A DNA stretch of 39,828 nucleotides from a virus (IMGVR_UViG_3300032038_000006); one strand, 5' to 3'; counted from the stretch's first letter, positions 1 to 12,229 are shown. Notes: a model not told the origin generated them from the letters alone. Numbers and translations: made by a program.

Positions 1-2
1 CG

Positions 3-2828
3 ACAACATCTTCTTGTGAATTTTATACTACAGATACAACATAGGTAATAACAAGTGGTTTCAGAAATGGAGTTACTCCTTATTAGATAATTACTGATAG
101 TTATATTATAACAAATGTAACAAGCACTACTGTATAGGATTTAACAGACTTTTTAAATAGTGCTACTGGTACTATTACTAAAGCAGACCTTTAGGCAGAA
201 TTTCCTGATATACAGGATTACGCTCTTGGCGGAATGTTAGTATATTCAGTTTATAATGGACAGAATTATTACTATGCTAAAGAGAATATGCTTGCTTTAA
301 CTGGAATTACTTAGTATGACCCAGATAATGTAGTTCCAAATAGCTTCATTAAAACAACAGATAATGTAAACGCAGAATAGGTTTCTTGTTATGACATAAG
401 AACAGTATTAGAGACTGGAAGTGGAGCAATAACATTCGACCCTAACGGATACACTCTATATTCTACTGGTGGAACATATTGGTTAACTAAAGAAGAAACA
501 TCAGAAACAGAAGATGTTACAACAACTGGCGTTTCTACTTCAGATGTAGGTATATTCATTAACAATAAACTTGTAGAATAGACTTCCATTACTGATGAAG
601 ATTTATCTAACATTAGAAATGGTAATTATCAGGAATATGATACCTCATTTGAAGTTGTAACTAATACAGGCGGATATAGTGAGGGCGGCCTTCCTGCAAT
701 TATTAATGCTGCAAAAGAAGTTATTAAGGCGGCACATTCAATAGATAGTTCATTAACTTATTCACACGGTTATAATTATAACATTAATATAAATGGAGTT
801 TCAACACCTTTTAGACCAGACTGCTCTGGTTATATGGAGGCTGTTGTTCACGCTCTTGGTTATGACGTAGGCAACTTCTGGGCCGGCGGCACAGCAAGCC
901 GTGTTGATATATCAAAAAATGGTATAAGCTGCGTAGACGGCACTGGAACTAAAGATTGGTTATTAACATATGATGCAACTTAGGTTAGCAATGCGATAAA
1001 TAATCCTCAAATGGGTGATATATTTATTACTGAAGGACATATGGGTATGTTTGTATACAAAAGTGGTACAAGTCCTCTTGGATTTGACTTCGGTGGAACA
1101 GATAATGCTTAGGCTTCATATGAATTTGCAGTTGCAATTGATAATACTGGTCTTAATTAGGCTATGGCAGACGGAAAAGGATACTGGACAGTTCCGGGTA
1201 GTGGCTATGGAACAGTATGCGGATTACTTCGCTTTATGAAGGGCGGAACATCAGGTGCAACAGTTACTTCTCCATTTACATCAAGTAATTTCTATGTAAT
1301 TGGCGATTCATTAACATATGGTATTAGCACATCTGATATAGCAAATAAGGGTAATTTTAAAGGAATTGTAGGAGCAAATTTCCAAACTCCTCCTTCTTAG
1401 TGGTCAACAGGAAATATTTCATCCGCCACAGAAATTGCTTTTGCTATGGGACGTAATTGCATAACAGATAGTGCTTCTCAATATGCTACTTTTATTCAAA
1501 GCTTTTTATCTGCTAAGAATATGAGTTCAGTGAAAAAAGTATATTTAATTCCAGTTATAAGTCCTGATGATGTTTCTTCTGCGGATGCTTAGCTTATATC
1601 TGCATTTAATAGTAATCTTTCAAGTGTTGATATTAATGGAATAGATGTAATAGCTTGTACTGAATTGGAAAGCCAGTTAACTGGATTACCAGGAGGCGGC
1701 GATGGAATACATCTTAACGCAGAAGGATATAAACAAGCTGGTACAAATATTGTTAATTACTTTACACAAGCATATGGTTCTAATAATACTTCTTCTTATA
1801 CAATAACAAGAAATGTATCTGGTGCAATTAACACAATTCTTAGTGGTTCAGAAAGACTATTTTCAATAGCTCTTGGTGGAGAAAAAGATGGAAAGACTGT
1901 TTATAATAACTTACTTACTATCTTAAAGAATGGTGTCCTTTATATGGGTGGAGAAATCAAAGACTATAATGGTAGAGACTTATCTCTTAAGAGCTTCGAG
2001 TATATGCCAGATGAAATTAGTATTAAAGATGCTCCTATTATTCTTACTAATGATGGTAATGTATGGATGGACTTCAATAGAATATATGCAATAAAGAATG
2101 ATGGTTAGTATACAGGATTAAGCCTTATGGATTGTCTTGTTGGTGCATCAGGTGGAGATATTTCTCAGCCTGGCTCTGAAGGTGGCTCCATTAATAGAAA
2201 TACTAATGTGCCTGAAGAGTTCTATACTGTAGACTTTACTGATGAAAATACTTATCATTTCTTAGGTACAAATGGAGTTCACGATGAGGCTTGGGCTAAA
2301 AAAGCTATGCGTTGTTTAGCTATGGGTGAAGTTGGCGTTCGTGCTGATGATGATAGTGCTCATAGTCTATCTTAGAGCGGATTGCTTATTTATCCTTTCT
2401 TGGTACGTTCAAGATGTCTTGCTTATTATCATACAGTTCCAGCTTCTCAATATCAAGAAAACGGATTATTATATTACACATTTACACACGCTGGATTCTC
2501 CAATAACCATTGGAGCGTTGACCATTCATTACCATCTGGATATACAATTGATGATGATAACTTCTATGGTGCATTAACTCAATGTAATCCTGGTTATGAG
2601 ATGAATGAATTGGCTTCTTCAATAGCTGCCGCAGCGCCTGGCATGAATTATGGTTGGTCTGGATATGGATATAATAATACAGAATCTTCACAAGAAAGTA
2701 TTACAGCAGGATTACAAAATGGAACACTTGTGCCTCGTGGATATGACGGCGGTGCAGTTGCATAGAATAAGGATAATTTAGTTGGCGCATATGGTAATAC
2801 AACATATCACGCAAGTTTAAGTTTATAA
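3..2828 (+). CDS. Large tail-associated/virion protein, 5'-truncated by the window, with NlpC/P60 peptidase, SGNH/GDSL hydrolase and possible SleB-like C-terminal domains (15 in-frame TAG read as Gln)
   Basis: One frame interrupted only by TAG from base 3 to TAA 2826-2828; it joins track ORFs 1164, 1665, 2127 and 2382. Motifs RPDCSGY (813-833) and PQMGDIFITEGHMGMF (about 1005-1052) fit NlpC/P60; VIGDSLT and DGIHLNAEGY fit SGNH. Rich in Thr/Ser/Gly/Asn. Confidence 0.8.
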
Positions 2829-2840
2829 GTAGGTGATTAA

Positions 2841-3218
2841 ATGTTGATAAAAAGAGAAAAGATACCAATGATAAAAAATTTAATAGAGAACCTCAAATTA
2901 AAGAGGTTCTCTATCCAAACTCAATATAAGTTTTTAAAGATTAAAAAAGCTATTGATACTGAACAGGAAATCTATGAAGAATAGCTTAGATTGCTTGATG
3001 ATTATATGGAGAAAGATGCTAATGGAAATGTCGTCGTAAATGAGGACGGCGGCGCAAAGATAAAAGAAGGATGCCTTGAAAAATGTTAGCAGATTGTTTA
3101 TGAATTAAATAAAATGCAAATTCAAGTTCCCGATATTTATCTCTCTCTTGAAGAGCTTGAACCATTAGGATTGACTTTTGATGAGTTAGAGTTATTAGAG
3201 GTCTTTATAAAAATGTAA
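2841..3218 (+). CDS. Hypothetical protein, 125 aa (2 TAG), of the type often found after phage tail genes
   Basis: AGGTGA RBS, ATG 2841, MLIKREKIPMIKNL...LELLEVFIKM, TAA 3216-3218 just before a terminator. Missing from the ORF track. Confidence 0.75.
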
Positions 3219-3221
3219 AAG

Positions 3222-3253
3222 AAAAGAGGTAGGAGAAATCCTACCTCTTTTTT
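3222..3253. terminator. Bidirectional intrinsic terminator between the convergent structural and replication modules
   Basis: AAAAGAGGTAGGA-GAAA-TCCTACCTCTTTTTT: perfect stem with A/T tracts on both sides. Confidence 0.9.
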
Positions 3254-3254
3254 A

Positions 3255-3992
3255 TTAAAATTCAATTATCTCATTTGCTTTCTAATCATGTGCCGCCCAG
3301 CGACCAATTAATATAGCATCTGCTTCATCCTAACTAACGCTAATATCATAAATTGATTTAACTCTTAGCTAAGCACTTTTCTTCTGGTCAGTTCTGTTAT
3401 TACCCTTTACCTGAGAATGATGTCTCCAAGTTGCAGGGGCAGCGATTTTATATAAAATGCCATTTTCATAACAATAGTTTTTAAGGACTCCTTGTAAGTG
3501 AGCGAGCTTTTTAAATGTTGTAACCATTTCAATGACTTCCTATGGGTTCTTCTTATATGTCTATAACTAAATATCCTCAAAGACTACCTTATCGGGCTTC
3601 CATTTAGCAATCATAGAAACTACCCACTATTTTGTCTAAGCTATACGCTCTGTGCTATGTGCGCCATCAGATGTCCAATGTCCATATTTAATCATTTTAT
3701 CTCCGTCATATACAGACCAACCAGATGTAATTGAAGCTTGGTCAAAAGCAAGTATTCTAAAACCTGTTTTCTTAACAGCTATATTATCCGTATGGTAATA
3801 TTTATTCTCCTTACAAATTGGGCATTCATAGGTGCCGCGGCGCCATTTCTCATAGGATACATAGTTCAAGTGTCCTTCAGGACATTTCAACTCTAAATCT
3901 GTTTTTAGATTAACGTAGTCGGTTGACATTAATTGCCAACCGCTACTTTCTATATCCTATTTTATATCTTCATACTTAAGTTTTCCTGCCAC
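3255..3992 (-). CDS. RuvC-like Holliday junction resolvase with N-terminal Zn-binding domain, 245 aa (9 TAG)
   Basis: GTG 3992 to TAA 3255. CPEGH...CPIC; RILAFDQASITSGWS, VVFEDI*L*, S*DEADAILIG are RuvC-fold acidic motifs. The later catalytic motifs lie downstream of several TAGs. Confidence 0.85.
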
Positions 3993-3998
3993 ATGGCA

Positions 3999-4790
3999 TC
4001 ACTTCTTGTCAGTTGAGCCGAAGCCGCCTTCTCCTCTCTCTGTTGAGTCAAGCTCGTCAACTTCAACCCAATCAATCATCGGAACGGCTGAGATTACAAG
4101 CTGTGCAATCTTATCGCCTTTATTAATTGTCTGAGAAAGATTAGCGGTATTTGTCATAATTACACATACCTCACCACGATAATCAGAGTCAATAGTACCA
4201 GGGGCATTAGCAACTCTTAAACCTGTCTTAAGGCTGAGTCCTGAACGAGGACGAACCTGAATCTCATATCCAACAGGAATTGCAACTGAGATACCAGTCT
4301 TAATAAGCTGTGTCTCATGTGGCTTAAGTGTAACATCTTCTATTGCATAGACATCTGCACCAGCATCAGTCTTATGTGCATACTGAGGAATAACAGCATC
4401 CTCACTAAGCTTTTTAATCTGAACCTTAACACGCTCTCTTGGAACCTCGATAAGATTTATGATTGATACGACTGAACCTTCGATAAGAGATGTAAGGAAA
4501 TCTCTCTTTGAACGAGAAAGTGTGTCATCTGCTGCAATCTCATCAATTACTTCAAGTGCTGCGGCCCTCTCTTCCTCGATAGAACCGTGACCTGTAAGCT
4601 TAAAAGCCTTCAATGTATCCTGCTGGAACTCCTCACTTGCGAAAACAAGGTCGAGCTTCTACTGAATACTTGGGTAAAGTGCATCAAACTACTCATCGGG
4701 AAGTTCGAGCAATGAAAGTAATTGGTCAAGTGTGTCATTGGTATCATAAGCGAATAACGCTTCGAGCTTTTCATTTACTTCTTTCTTCAT
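3999..4790 (-). CDS. dut: Trimeric dUTPase with long N-terminal extension, 263 aa (2 TAG)
   Basis: AGADVYA, RPRSGLS, GTIDSDYRGE, IAQL and RGEGGFGST motifs; AGGAGG RBS before ATG 4790. Confidence 0.93.
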
Positions 4791-4803
4791 TTATGTTTCC
4801 TCC

Positions 4804-5535
4804 TTAAAGCTTTTCTATAATTTCATCAATAACGCCAAATTTCTTAGCGTCGTCCTGGTCCATAAACCAGTCGTCTTTCTTATGTTCCTCATAAACATCA
4901 CTGGTAATATTTGTTTTATTGAGGACGTGAGCTTTAAGTCTTGTAAGCTGATATCTGTAGAAATCAACGTGCTGGAAGAACTTGTGAGCATCTCCACCGT
5001 CCATTGCCGCACCTTCATGGAACATAAATGAAGTGTGTGTTAAAGCAAATCTCTTATGACCTGCGATACAGATAAAGAAACCGCCACTATAGGCTGTACC
5101 TATATTGTAAGTATATACTGGAGTTACAGACGCTTGAATTGCACTAATAATACTTAGTACGCCATCAAGGTCGCCGCCAGGAGTATTAATGTATATCTTA
5201 ATTGGTTCTCTTTCTTCTACTGGAACTTCATCTTCCTTGTCAACCTTATTCCAGAAGCGAATTATCTCAAAAATACTAACTGCAAGTTCAGGCTTAATTT
5301 CCTCTGTTAAATATATTGTTCTCTCTGTGAAATCAAATGTTTCAAGAGTAGACTCAACATCAATCTAACATTCGGGGTCAGTTAATATTCCGAAGTATGT
5401 ATCGGGAAGACCGAGCTCAGTGCCCTTAATTTCCTCTGCAATTTCATCATAAGCCTTATCAAAGGTTTTGAGGAAATCTTCTTTACTCTTTAAAGAACCA
5501 TCTTCATTGAAAATATCTACATTAATTTTTTCCAT
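4804..5535 (-). CDS. clpP: ClpP-like ATP-dependent protease proteolytic subunit, 243 aa (1 TAG)
   Basis: IKIYINTPGGD, GTAYSGG (catalytic Ser), FMFHEG (His), DDWFMDQDDAKKFGVIDEI. Confidence 0.9.
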
Positions 5536-5717
5536 CACTTTGTTCCTCCTAATTCTTTTTCAAGATTTGCCTTTATCACTTCCAACTCAGCTATTTCATC
5601 TATAAGAGTATTAATCTCTGGGTTAAGAACGAAAGTGCTCATATCGAACTTTAAAAGTTCATCTTGGCGTTCTCTGAGTTCAAAGCAAACTTTTGCATAT
5701 TCTTCTCTCTTTTCCAT
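5535..5717 (-). CDS. Hypothetical coiled-coil protein, 60 aa
   Basis: AGGAGGAG RBS; directly downstream of a promoter; TGA overlaps the clpP ATG. Confidence 0.75.
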   Translation of the reverse strand: MEKREEYAKVCFELRERQDELLKFDMSTFVLNPEINTLIDEIAELEVIKANLEKELGGTK

Positions 5718-5745
5718 TAGTATCTCCTCCTTACTTTTATAATTA

Positions 5746-5774
5746 ATTATATCATAAAGATGATTTTAAGTCAA
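5746..5774 (-). promoter_or_regulatory. SigA/sigma70-type promoter
   Basis: TTGACT-N17-TATAAT, overlapping the 3' end of the upstream gene. Confidence 0.8.
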
Positions 5775-6699
5775 GATTTTGACGTGTTGCCGTTTTAGGA
5801 TTTTGTTTGAGAAGTAATCTCAATCCAGATGGTAGGGCGGCGAGTTCTTTTTGAGTTATTTTAGAAGATTGGTAAAATGTTGCGAATGAGTCCTTAGCAC
5901 TATTATTTTTTGCCCAAACAATAATTTTCTCAGTAAACGGCGAGTATTTTACATTATAAGGAAATCTCAATGCAGCATTATGACCTTTATACCAAATAGC
6001 CATTTTAGCAATTCTCTTTTGATATTGTTCTTCAGTTTCTTTATCAAATTTATCCAGTTTAAAAATAACTGACTCATAATAATCACAGAAGAAATCTTCA
6101 GAACAGTGGAAATTAATCACACAGTTCTTATTAAAAAGTGCTCTGTAACGCATAAAGCTCAAAGCAGTTGCTTCATCATTTAAGATTGGCGTATGCAAAA
6201 AGTTAAAACGTTTATTTTTATGTTCGTCAATAAACTCAAGAGCTCCTTTTACATTGAGAGGGTCTTTATCTGCTATGTAAATGTGCATCGCATCTTTCTT
6301 GAAGTCTACAAAGTTTTCTGTCTCAATTCTTACATAGCTATTATGTTTCATTTTTTCAAATTCTGCCGCAGAAATTCCAAGTTTATTAACCCAAGGGTCA
6401 TATGGAATATAGGAAGGCGGCACTTCAATTTCCGGTGGAAGTTTTTCATTTTTCTTATAAAAACCATAACCAGTAAATTCTTTATTATCTCCGAAAACCT
6501 ATAAAGTCTTTGGAAGTAGTACATTAGGATTTTCTTTGAAATAAATTATCTTTGCAAACTGACTTTCTTCATCAGTCGGCTTCATTAAAACTACTCTATC
6601 ATTTCTTTTATGATAATATGCGTAGTATTGCATTAATTCAAGATTGGGCACCGCACGTCCACGGTGCCACAAATCTATATCATATAAACCGATAATCAT
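5752..6699 (-). CDS. Hypothetical protein, 315 aa (1 TAG); N-terminus resembles phage radical-SAM proteins but lacks CxxxCxxC
   Basis: Track ORFs 6499-6699 and 5752-6423 are in frame and joined across TAG 6499-6501. MIIGLYDIDL...PNLELMQYYAYYHKRND...TGYGFY...LPPEIE...PSYIPY. Confidence 0.7.
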
Positions 6700-9600
6700 T
6701 ATTCCTCTACCTCTGGTCTTTCAGTTAATGACTCTAAGATAAATCCTTTCTCGTCCATTTTGATTATCTTTTCAAATATATCAAATTTAGTATTCTTATA
6801 CTTCTTTGGAATAAATGTATCATCACGTCTTATACCTGTTATAATAAGTTTATTACCACGACTGAACCAAGACTTTTCAACTACGTGCTTTACACCATCT
6901 GTGCCGCGCTCAGAAATTTGCTTATCCCAAGCGGCGAACTGGTTCTTCCAAACCTTAACAGTTACAACACCAGATGGAGTTAATAACATTACTGAACTCT
7001 TATTCTTATCCTTATCAATTACTGTTCCTGCAATACGATATATCTTAAACATCTTGATTTCTGAACCGTCTTTTGTGGTGAAGCAACGGTCTACTTCTGG
7101 CTCAGGAGAAAGTTCATTGAAATCCGCGATACTATATATATCGTCTTTCAGATTAGCAAGCGGATGTTCGTGATAGTAGAAACCTAAACTATCCATTTCC
7201 CAATCAGCCACTGAACCCTTACCATACTTATCCCATACCTCTTGAACAAGGCGGCGATTAAGTTCATTAAGAATATCCTGCTGATTTTTCTTCATCCAAT
7301 CTCTTACTGGGTCCATGCCTTTCTTATAGATTGACTCCCAAGTAGACATTTTAATCTTGCCCTTCGGTCCATCATTTGTTACGACAATTTCTTCTATCTT
7401 ATTTGTATCATAATTTGCTTCGAAGAATGGCATTGCAATTTCATCAAGATAGTAGTAAGTTCCGTCCTTAGAAACCTTGATATATTTATTAAAATTGAAC
7501 AATCTCTTTTCATAATCTAACTCTTCCGGTATCATATTCTGAGCTATAAGCATCTGCATATTCTGAAGAGTTATTCTCTTTTTCTGGTCTGCTATACTGT
7601 TAATGTAGTTAGTCATTGCTTCAACTCTGTCTCCGCAAAGTTCATCGAAAGCTCCTGCCTTTATAAGTGAGAACATTTGCAGCTTATTTACCTTAACCTT
7701 TGATAAGAAATCTTCAATGCTTGTATAAGGACGTTTATTGAAAATCTCATAAACGAGTTGAGTGCCTATTCTATTGATACCCTTCATACCATAGATGATA
7801 GCATTACGCTTTAACTCAGGCTTAAAAATAAGACCAGATTCGTTTATATCAGGTGGCAATACTGTGATACCTTTTACCTTAGATTCTCCTATGGCGGCAC
7901 TTATTTTACCATAGTTTACGCTCTTATTCTTTTTAGTTGTTGTGTCTGTCTCTTCAGCGTCTGTATCAACATCGTCTGTATCCAATAAGTCTGCACCGCC
8001 AGCATTAACGATTAAGCAAGCACAGTTCCAATAGATAGCGGGATAATTTGTTGCTAAATATAATGTTTGAATACCAACGAATGAATATGCAAGTGAGTGA
8101 GGAAGTGAGAATGAGTAACCCATCTGAGGACCCATTGTAGTTTCCCAAACGTAGTCACCAAAATTCTTATTCGGACAAGCTTCGACGAACTTATCGTGAA
8201 GTGCAGGAATTTCTTCCATATGCTTTTTCGCAACAGTTTTTCTTGCCGCGTTAGCTTCTTTCAATGAGAAGTGTGCAATCTTCTCGTCCATACAAATCTC
8301 CATTAGGTCCTCCTGAAGTGCAGGAACACCAAAACGAGGTAAGTAATATGGTTCAAGAATTGCTATCTCGCTTTCACTAAGTCCTCTATCTCTTGCCTCT
8401 TTATACCATTGACCAATATCTTGCTTAAGGCGGCAATATCTATCGAGAGGTCTTTCTTTTCCTCTTTCTCCCATAAGTCTCATTATCGCATTTGCTGAAG
8501 TCATTTCAGTTGGGTTCTGGGGCTTAACCTGCTTTGCAGTTGCAAGACCAACACCTGTACTGAACTGGAATACATCAAGAACAGTTCCTTGTCCAAGAGC
8601 ATTCCACATTCTCTTATCTTCAAGATTTAATACTGATGGGTGGAGATACTTATCGTAAATCTTTCTTAATGATAAGTCTTTTTCAACAATGCCGTCCTTC
8701 TGCATAAGTTCGATACAAGTTGTTATCTTATCACAAATTTCAGTTACAAGGAAGTCATACTTAACATCGCCCATCGCTTCAGCTTCGTGAAGTGAGAACT
8801 GAGTTGTAAGGTCTCCGTTAGGACTTCTCATTATCGCACCAGTATCACAAGGATTTGTGTTATAAAGAATAACACCAGAAGCGTGCTGACCTCTTTTATT
8901 AACGAGTCCTTCAATTGACTCAATGATTTCAAGAAGACCAGGGTACTTCTCTACTTCAGCGATAAATGCTCCAATAGGAGCTCTACCCTTTTCAGGATTA
9001 CCATAAACGACATCATGAATTGACCACAAGAAACCACGCTCTTGTGGAATAAGACCACTAAGATATTGAGTAGTTTCAACTTCAAGTCCATTAGGATATG
9101 CTTCTGAACGATAACCACGTCCTGCCGCGGCGATTGCTGAACGAGTTCCTTCTGTACCAAAAGTACAAACCTGAATAACATTTAATTCGCCACGTTCTTT
9201 ACGAATTGCTTCAAAGATTTTCTTACGCTTTGAAGGAGAAAGGTCAATATCAATATCGGGCAACTCAACACGTTCTTTATTAAGGAAACGCCAATACTTA
9301 AGTCCCCACTTTAATGGGTCAAGCTGAGTAATACCGAGTAAGTAGTTTGAAAGGAAACATACTGCTGAACCACGTCCTGGGCCTACGATTGAACCGCAAT
9401 CCCAAAACAAATTAATAAAGTGTTGGAATGTATTGAAATACTTAAACAAACAATCATTAAGCTTTTCGCCAATTGTCTTAATTACATCAGCTTCTATTTC
9501 AAGTCTATCAAGATATTCTACGTTATATAAATCTTTTTCCTTCAAAGCATTTATACATTCATTTACCCAATATCTTTCTTGCTTATCGAGGCTGCTCATT

Positions 9601-10625
9601 AATGAAGTAAGAGTTGGACAATGCTGCATGAAATCAATACCATAATTATATACAGCAGGATAATCTTTTACTTCAACCTCTGGAATAATTGATGTATGTT
9701 CAAGACTAAAGCTCTCAATCTTATCATAAATTTCCATTGAGTTCACACACATCTGACCGAAGTCCATTTCTGAAAAAGCAACTTGAAGATTTCCAAATGC
9801 TTCTTCATTATCCATCATATGAGCGTCAAAGTAGAACTCATCAACCTCACGGTCGCCTTCCTTTGAATTAAGGTAAGCCTTGTGAAGTGGACGCTCTGCC
9901 GCAGTAAGATAGTGCGCGTCTGAACCGATTACCATTCTTACTCTATATGCATCTGCTATTGAAGCAATTCTCTTATTGAATTTAATCTGGTCTTTCGACT
10001 GACCGGCGGCGACCTCAATGTAGAAATCATTTCCAAATAGGTCTAGATTCCATCTAATGAAGGCATCTATATCCTGCTTGCAACGAATAATTTCTTCCAT
10101 ATCGCCGTGGTCTTCAGCTTTTACCAATTGAAGAACTCTTCCTCCAAGCTGTCCGCCAATACAGGCAGTTGTAGCAATAAGAGAGTTAGGATACTTCTTA
10201 ACTATTGCTTCAAGTTCCTTCTTTTCTGTTGGAACTCTTGTCATGCCGCGAGAGGTAAAACTGTGATACCAAGCGGTAGAACTTAACTCTCTGATTGCCT
10301 TATGTCCCTCTGCATTTTTTGCAATTAAGATATAGTGCCAGTATCTTTCAATGTTTGTTCTGTCATCAACGAGATAAATCTCATTGCCGCACGCACACTT
10401 GAAATCTTCAGGTATTTCTCCCTTTTCTTTTAACTTCTTTTCTGTCTATAACCATTTTAAATGACCGCTGACACATTCGTGGTCAGTCAATGCAATACCC
10501 TTCATTCCAAGACGATGTGCTGTCTTAATCATATCTGGTATCTTATTGATTGAGTCAATTAAACGAATATTACTGTACTCACTATGAGAGTGGGTATCAA
10601 AACGAGGTATATCATTTAAGCTCAT
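6699..10625 (-). CDS. dnaE: DNA polymerase III alpha subunit (family C), 1308 aa (1 TAG, codon 60)
   Basis: PHP motifs HSHSEYS and IALTDHE lie upstream of TAG 10446-10448; GPGRGSA, PDIDID, HASG, KYDFL and an OB-fold follow. GGAGG RBS before ATG 10625. Confidence 0.96.
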
Positions 10626-10647
10626 TCAGTAGAAACCCTCCTTTTAT

Positions 10648-10839
10648 TTACTTATTTTTTCTACAACCTTTATCAGATTTGCAGAGATTTTTACATTTAG
10701 GACATTTGTGCGTCCAAGGAATACTATGAATGGACCAATCTTGGTCACACTCTTCTTCATCGACTTCAAATACACAATCGCATTTTGAACATTTGAAGAG
10801 GACTTTTCCATATAAGCCTTCTTTAATTATCTTTACCAC
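10648..10839 (-). CDS. Small Zn-ribbon protein, 63 aa
   Basis: CSKC...CPKC; GGAG RBS; first gene after a promoter. Confidence 0.7.
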   Translation of the reverse strand: MVKIIKEGLYGKVLFKCSKCDCVFEVDEEECDQDWSIHSIPWTHKCPKCKNLCKSDKGCRKNK

Positions 10840-10874
10840 ATATAATTCTCCTATCTTATTTTTCTTACATATAT

Positions 10875-10917
10875 ATTATAACATAAAATACAGAAAAAGT
10901 CAAGACATAGTCTTGAC
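10875..10917 (-). promoter_or_regulatory. SigA-type promoter with a palindrome over the -35 box
   Basis: TTGACT (10903-10898)-N17-TATAAT (10880-10875); inverted repeat GTCAAGAC-ATA-GTCTTGAC at 10899-10917. Confidence 0.85.
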
Positions 10918-10924
10918 CTTTCGT

Positions 10925-11047
10925 TTACTTACTATTTTTCTTACGTTCGCGCTCTTTCTGAATTTCCTTGTTGCGGCGGGACATTTCGTCCTTGAAACGG
11001 TCAATCTTCTTCTTGTAATTGTCCTTTTCGTCTCTGTGAATTTTCAT
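10925..11047 (-). CDS. Small charged protein, 40 aa
   Basis: GAGGAGG RBS; MKIHRDEKDNYKKKIDRFKDEMSRRNKEIQKERERKKNSK; ATG overlaps the upstream TGA. Confidence 0.6.
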   Translation of the reverse strand: MKIHRDEKDNYKKKIDRFKDEMSRRNKEIQKERERKKNSK

Positions 11048-11361
11048 TTTAACTTCTCCTCCTCTATTGTCATTGTTGCTATTAAAGGTGTACAATAACT
11101 TGTTTCCCCTATAAACTATGTTAATACAGCGTCAGCCTCATCGACCAAAACATTTTTATAACACAAACCTCTTGTTCGTCCTTGTAACATATCATTTACA
11201 GTAAAGATTTGAGGCTTTGGAAGTCCAAGCTCTTTCGCTCTTATCTCGTAGATTCTTTTATTACATTCACGGGCACAAAGTATCGGAAAATTATTCTTCG
11301 CTGCTGTCTACACAAGCAGGGTAGTCTTTCCATATCCCCTTGGCCTTATAATCACTTTCAT
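11044..11361 (-). CDS. Minimal P-loop NTPase-like protein, 105 aa (2 TAG)
   Basis: IIRPRGYGKTT (Walker A-like) and VLVDEAD (Walker B-like); GGAGG RBS. Confidence 0.7.
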
Positions 11362-11866
11362 TCGCCAATTCCTCCATTAAGTTAATTTTCGATAAATATT
11401 CATATTCTTTTCTCCAATACTCAACATCATCTTCTCTAATTGCGAGTACAAATGGGGCAGTAAGTGCTCCACCATTTATGATGACTTGATATAGTTTAGT
11501 ATAAGCCCTTTCAGATACATATACTGCAAATAGTTGATAGATTTTATCAGTAATTAATGTGGATAGTTTGTCTGCAATTTCATCATCTTCAAAAGCTTCT
11601 TGAATAGCATAGGCAATATCCTGATGTTCGCCCTTAAGGTCATCGAAAACTGCCTTTATAAGTATTTCTTTACTTACTTCTTTACGCTTATAGAGAAAAC
11701 GAATGAAGTTACTAAAATGGAAATGATACCCATAATAATCAAAAAAATCTTCTCCTATGTCATTTATCCAATACTAAATTGCGGTATAGCCAACAACTGG
11801 GTCCTCAAAATCTTCTGGCTCATAGACAATATATACTGGACTTCCACCTTCGTTTAAATACCTCAT
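11291..11866 (-). CDS. Hypothetical protein, 191 aa (1 TAG)
   Basis: AGGAG RBS, ATG 11866; open apart from TAG 11774-11776. Missing from the ORF track. Confidence 0.65.
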
Positions 11867-12009
11867 TTTATCTCTACTCCTTTTTTCTTTAATTCTTCAT
11901 ATACAGCTTTAGAAAAAATTTCTTCAATTCTTTTGTCTAATTCATCATACTCAATTTGACCAGACATATAGCTTAGAAATGCTGTCATTAATTCAAGTTT
12001 ATAATCCAT
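11863..12009 (-). CDS. Hypothetical protein, 48 aa
   Basis: MDYKLELMTAFLSYMSGQIEYDELDKRIEEIFSK...; start and stop overlap both neighbours. Confidence 0.6.
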   Translation of the reverse strand: MDYKLELMTAFLSYMSGQIEYDELDKRIEEIFSKAVYEELKKKGVEIK

Positions 12010-12227
12010 TACTCATCCCTATCTTTCATCATCTTTACTGTATTCCTCCAGTTCTATGTTTCAAGCACGTTATCAATAATCTCAATTAGTTCTTGACAAT
12101 CGTCACTCATTTTTCCTCTTTTTCTGTCTTCAAAATCAGTAAGAGCATGGTCCACGGCATTTAGCGTTTTAGCGTATCTTTTTGCTCTTTCCATGACTTT
12201 AAACCACTCTTTTATTTTTCTAAGCAT
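12009..12227 (-). CDS. Hypothetical protein, 72 aa (1 TAG)
   Basis: Reading through TAG 12054-12056 reaches a TAA that overlaps the next ATG (TAATG). Confidence 0.65.
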
Positions 12228-12229
12228 TA

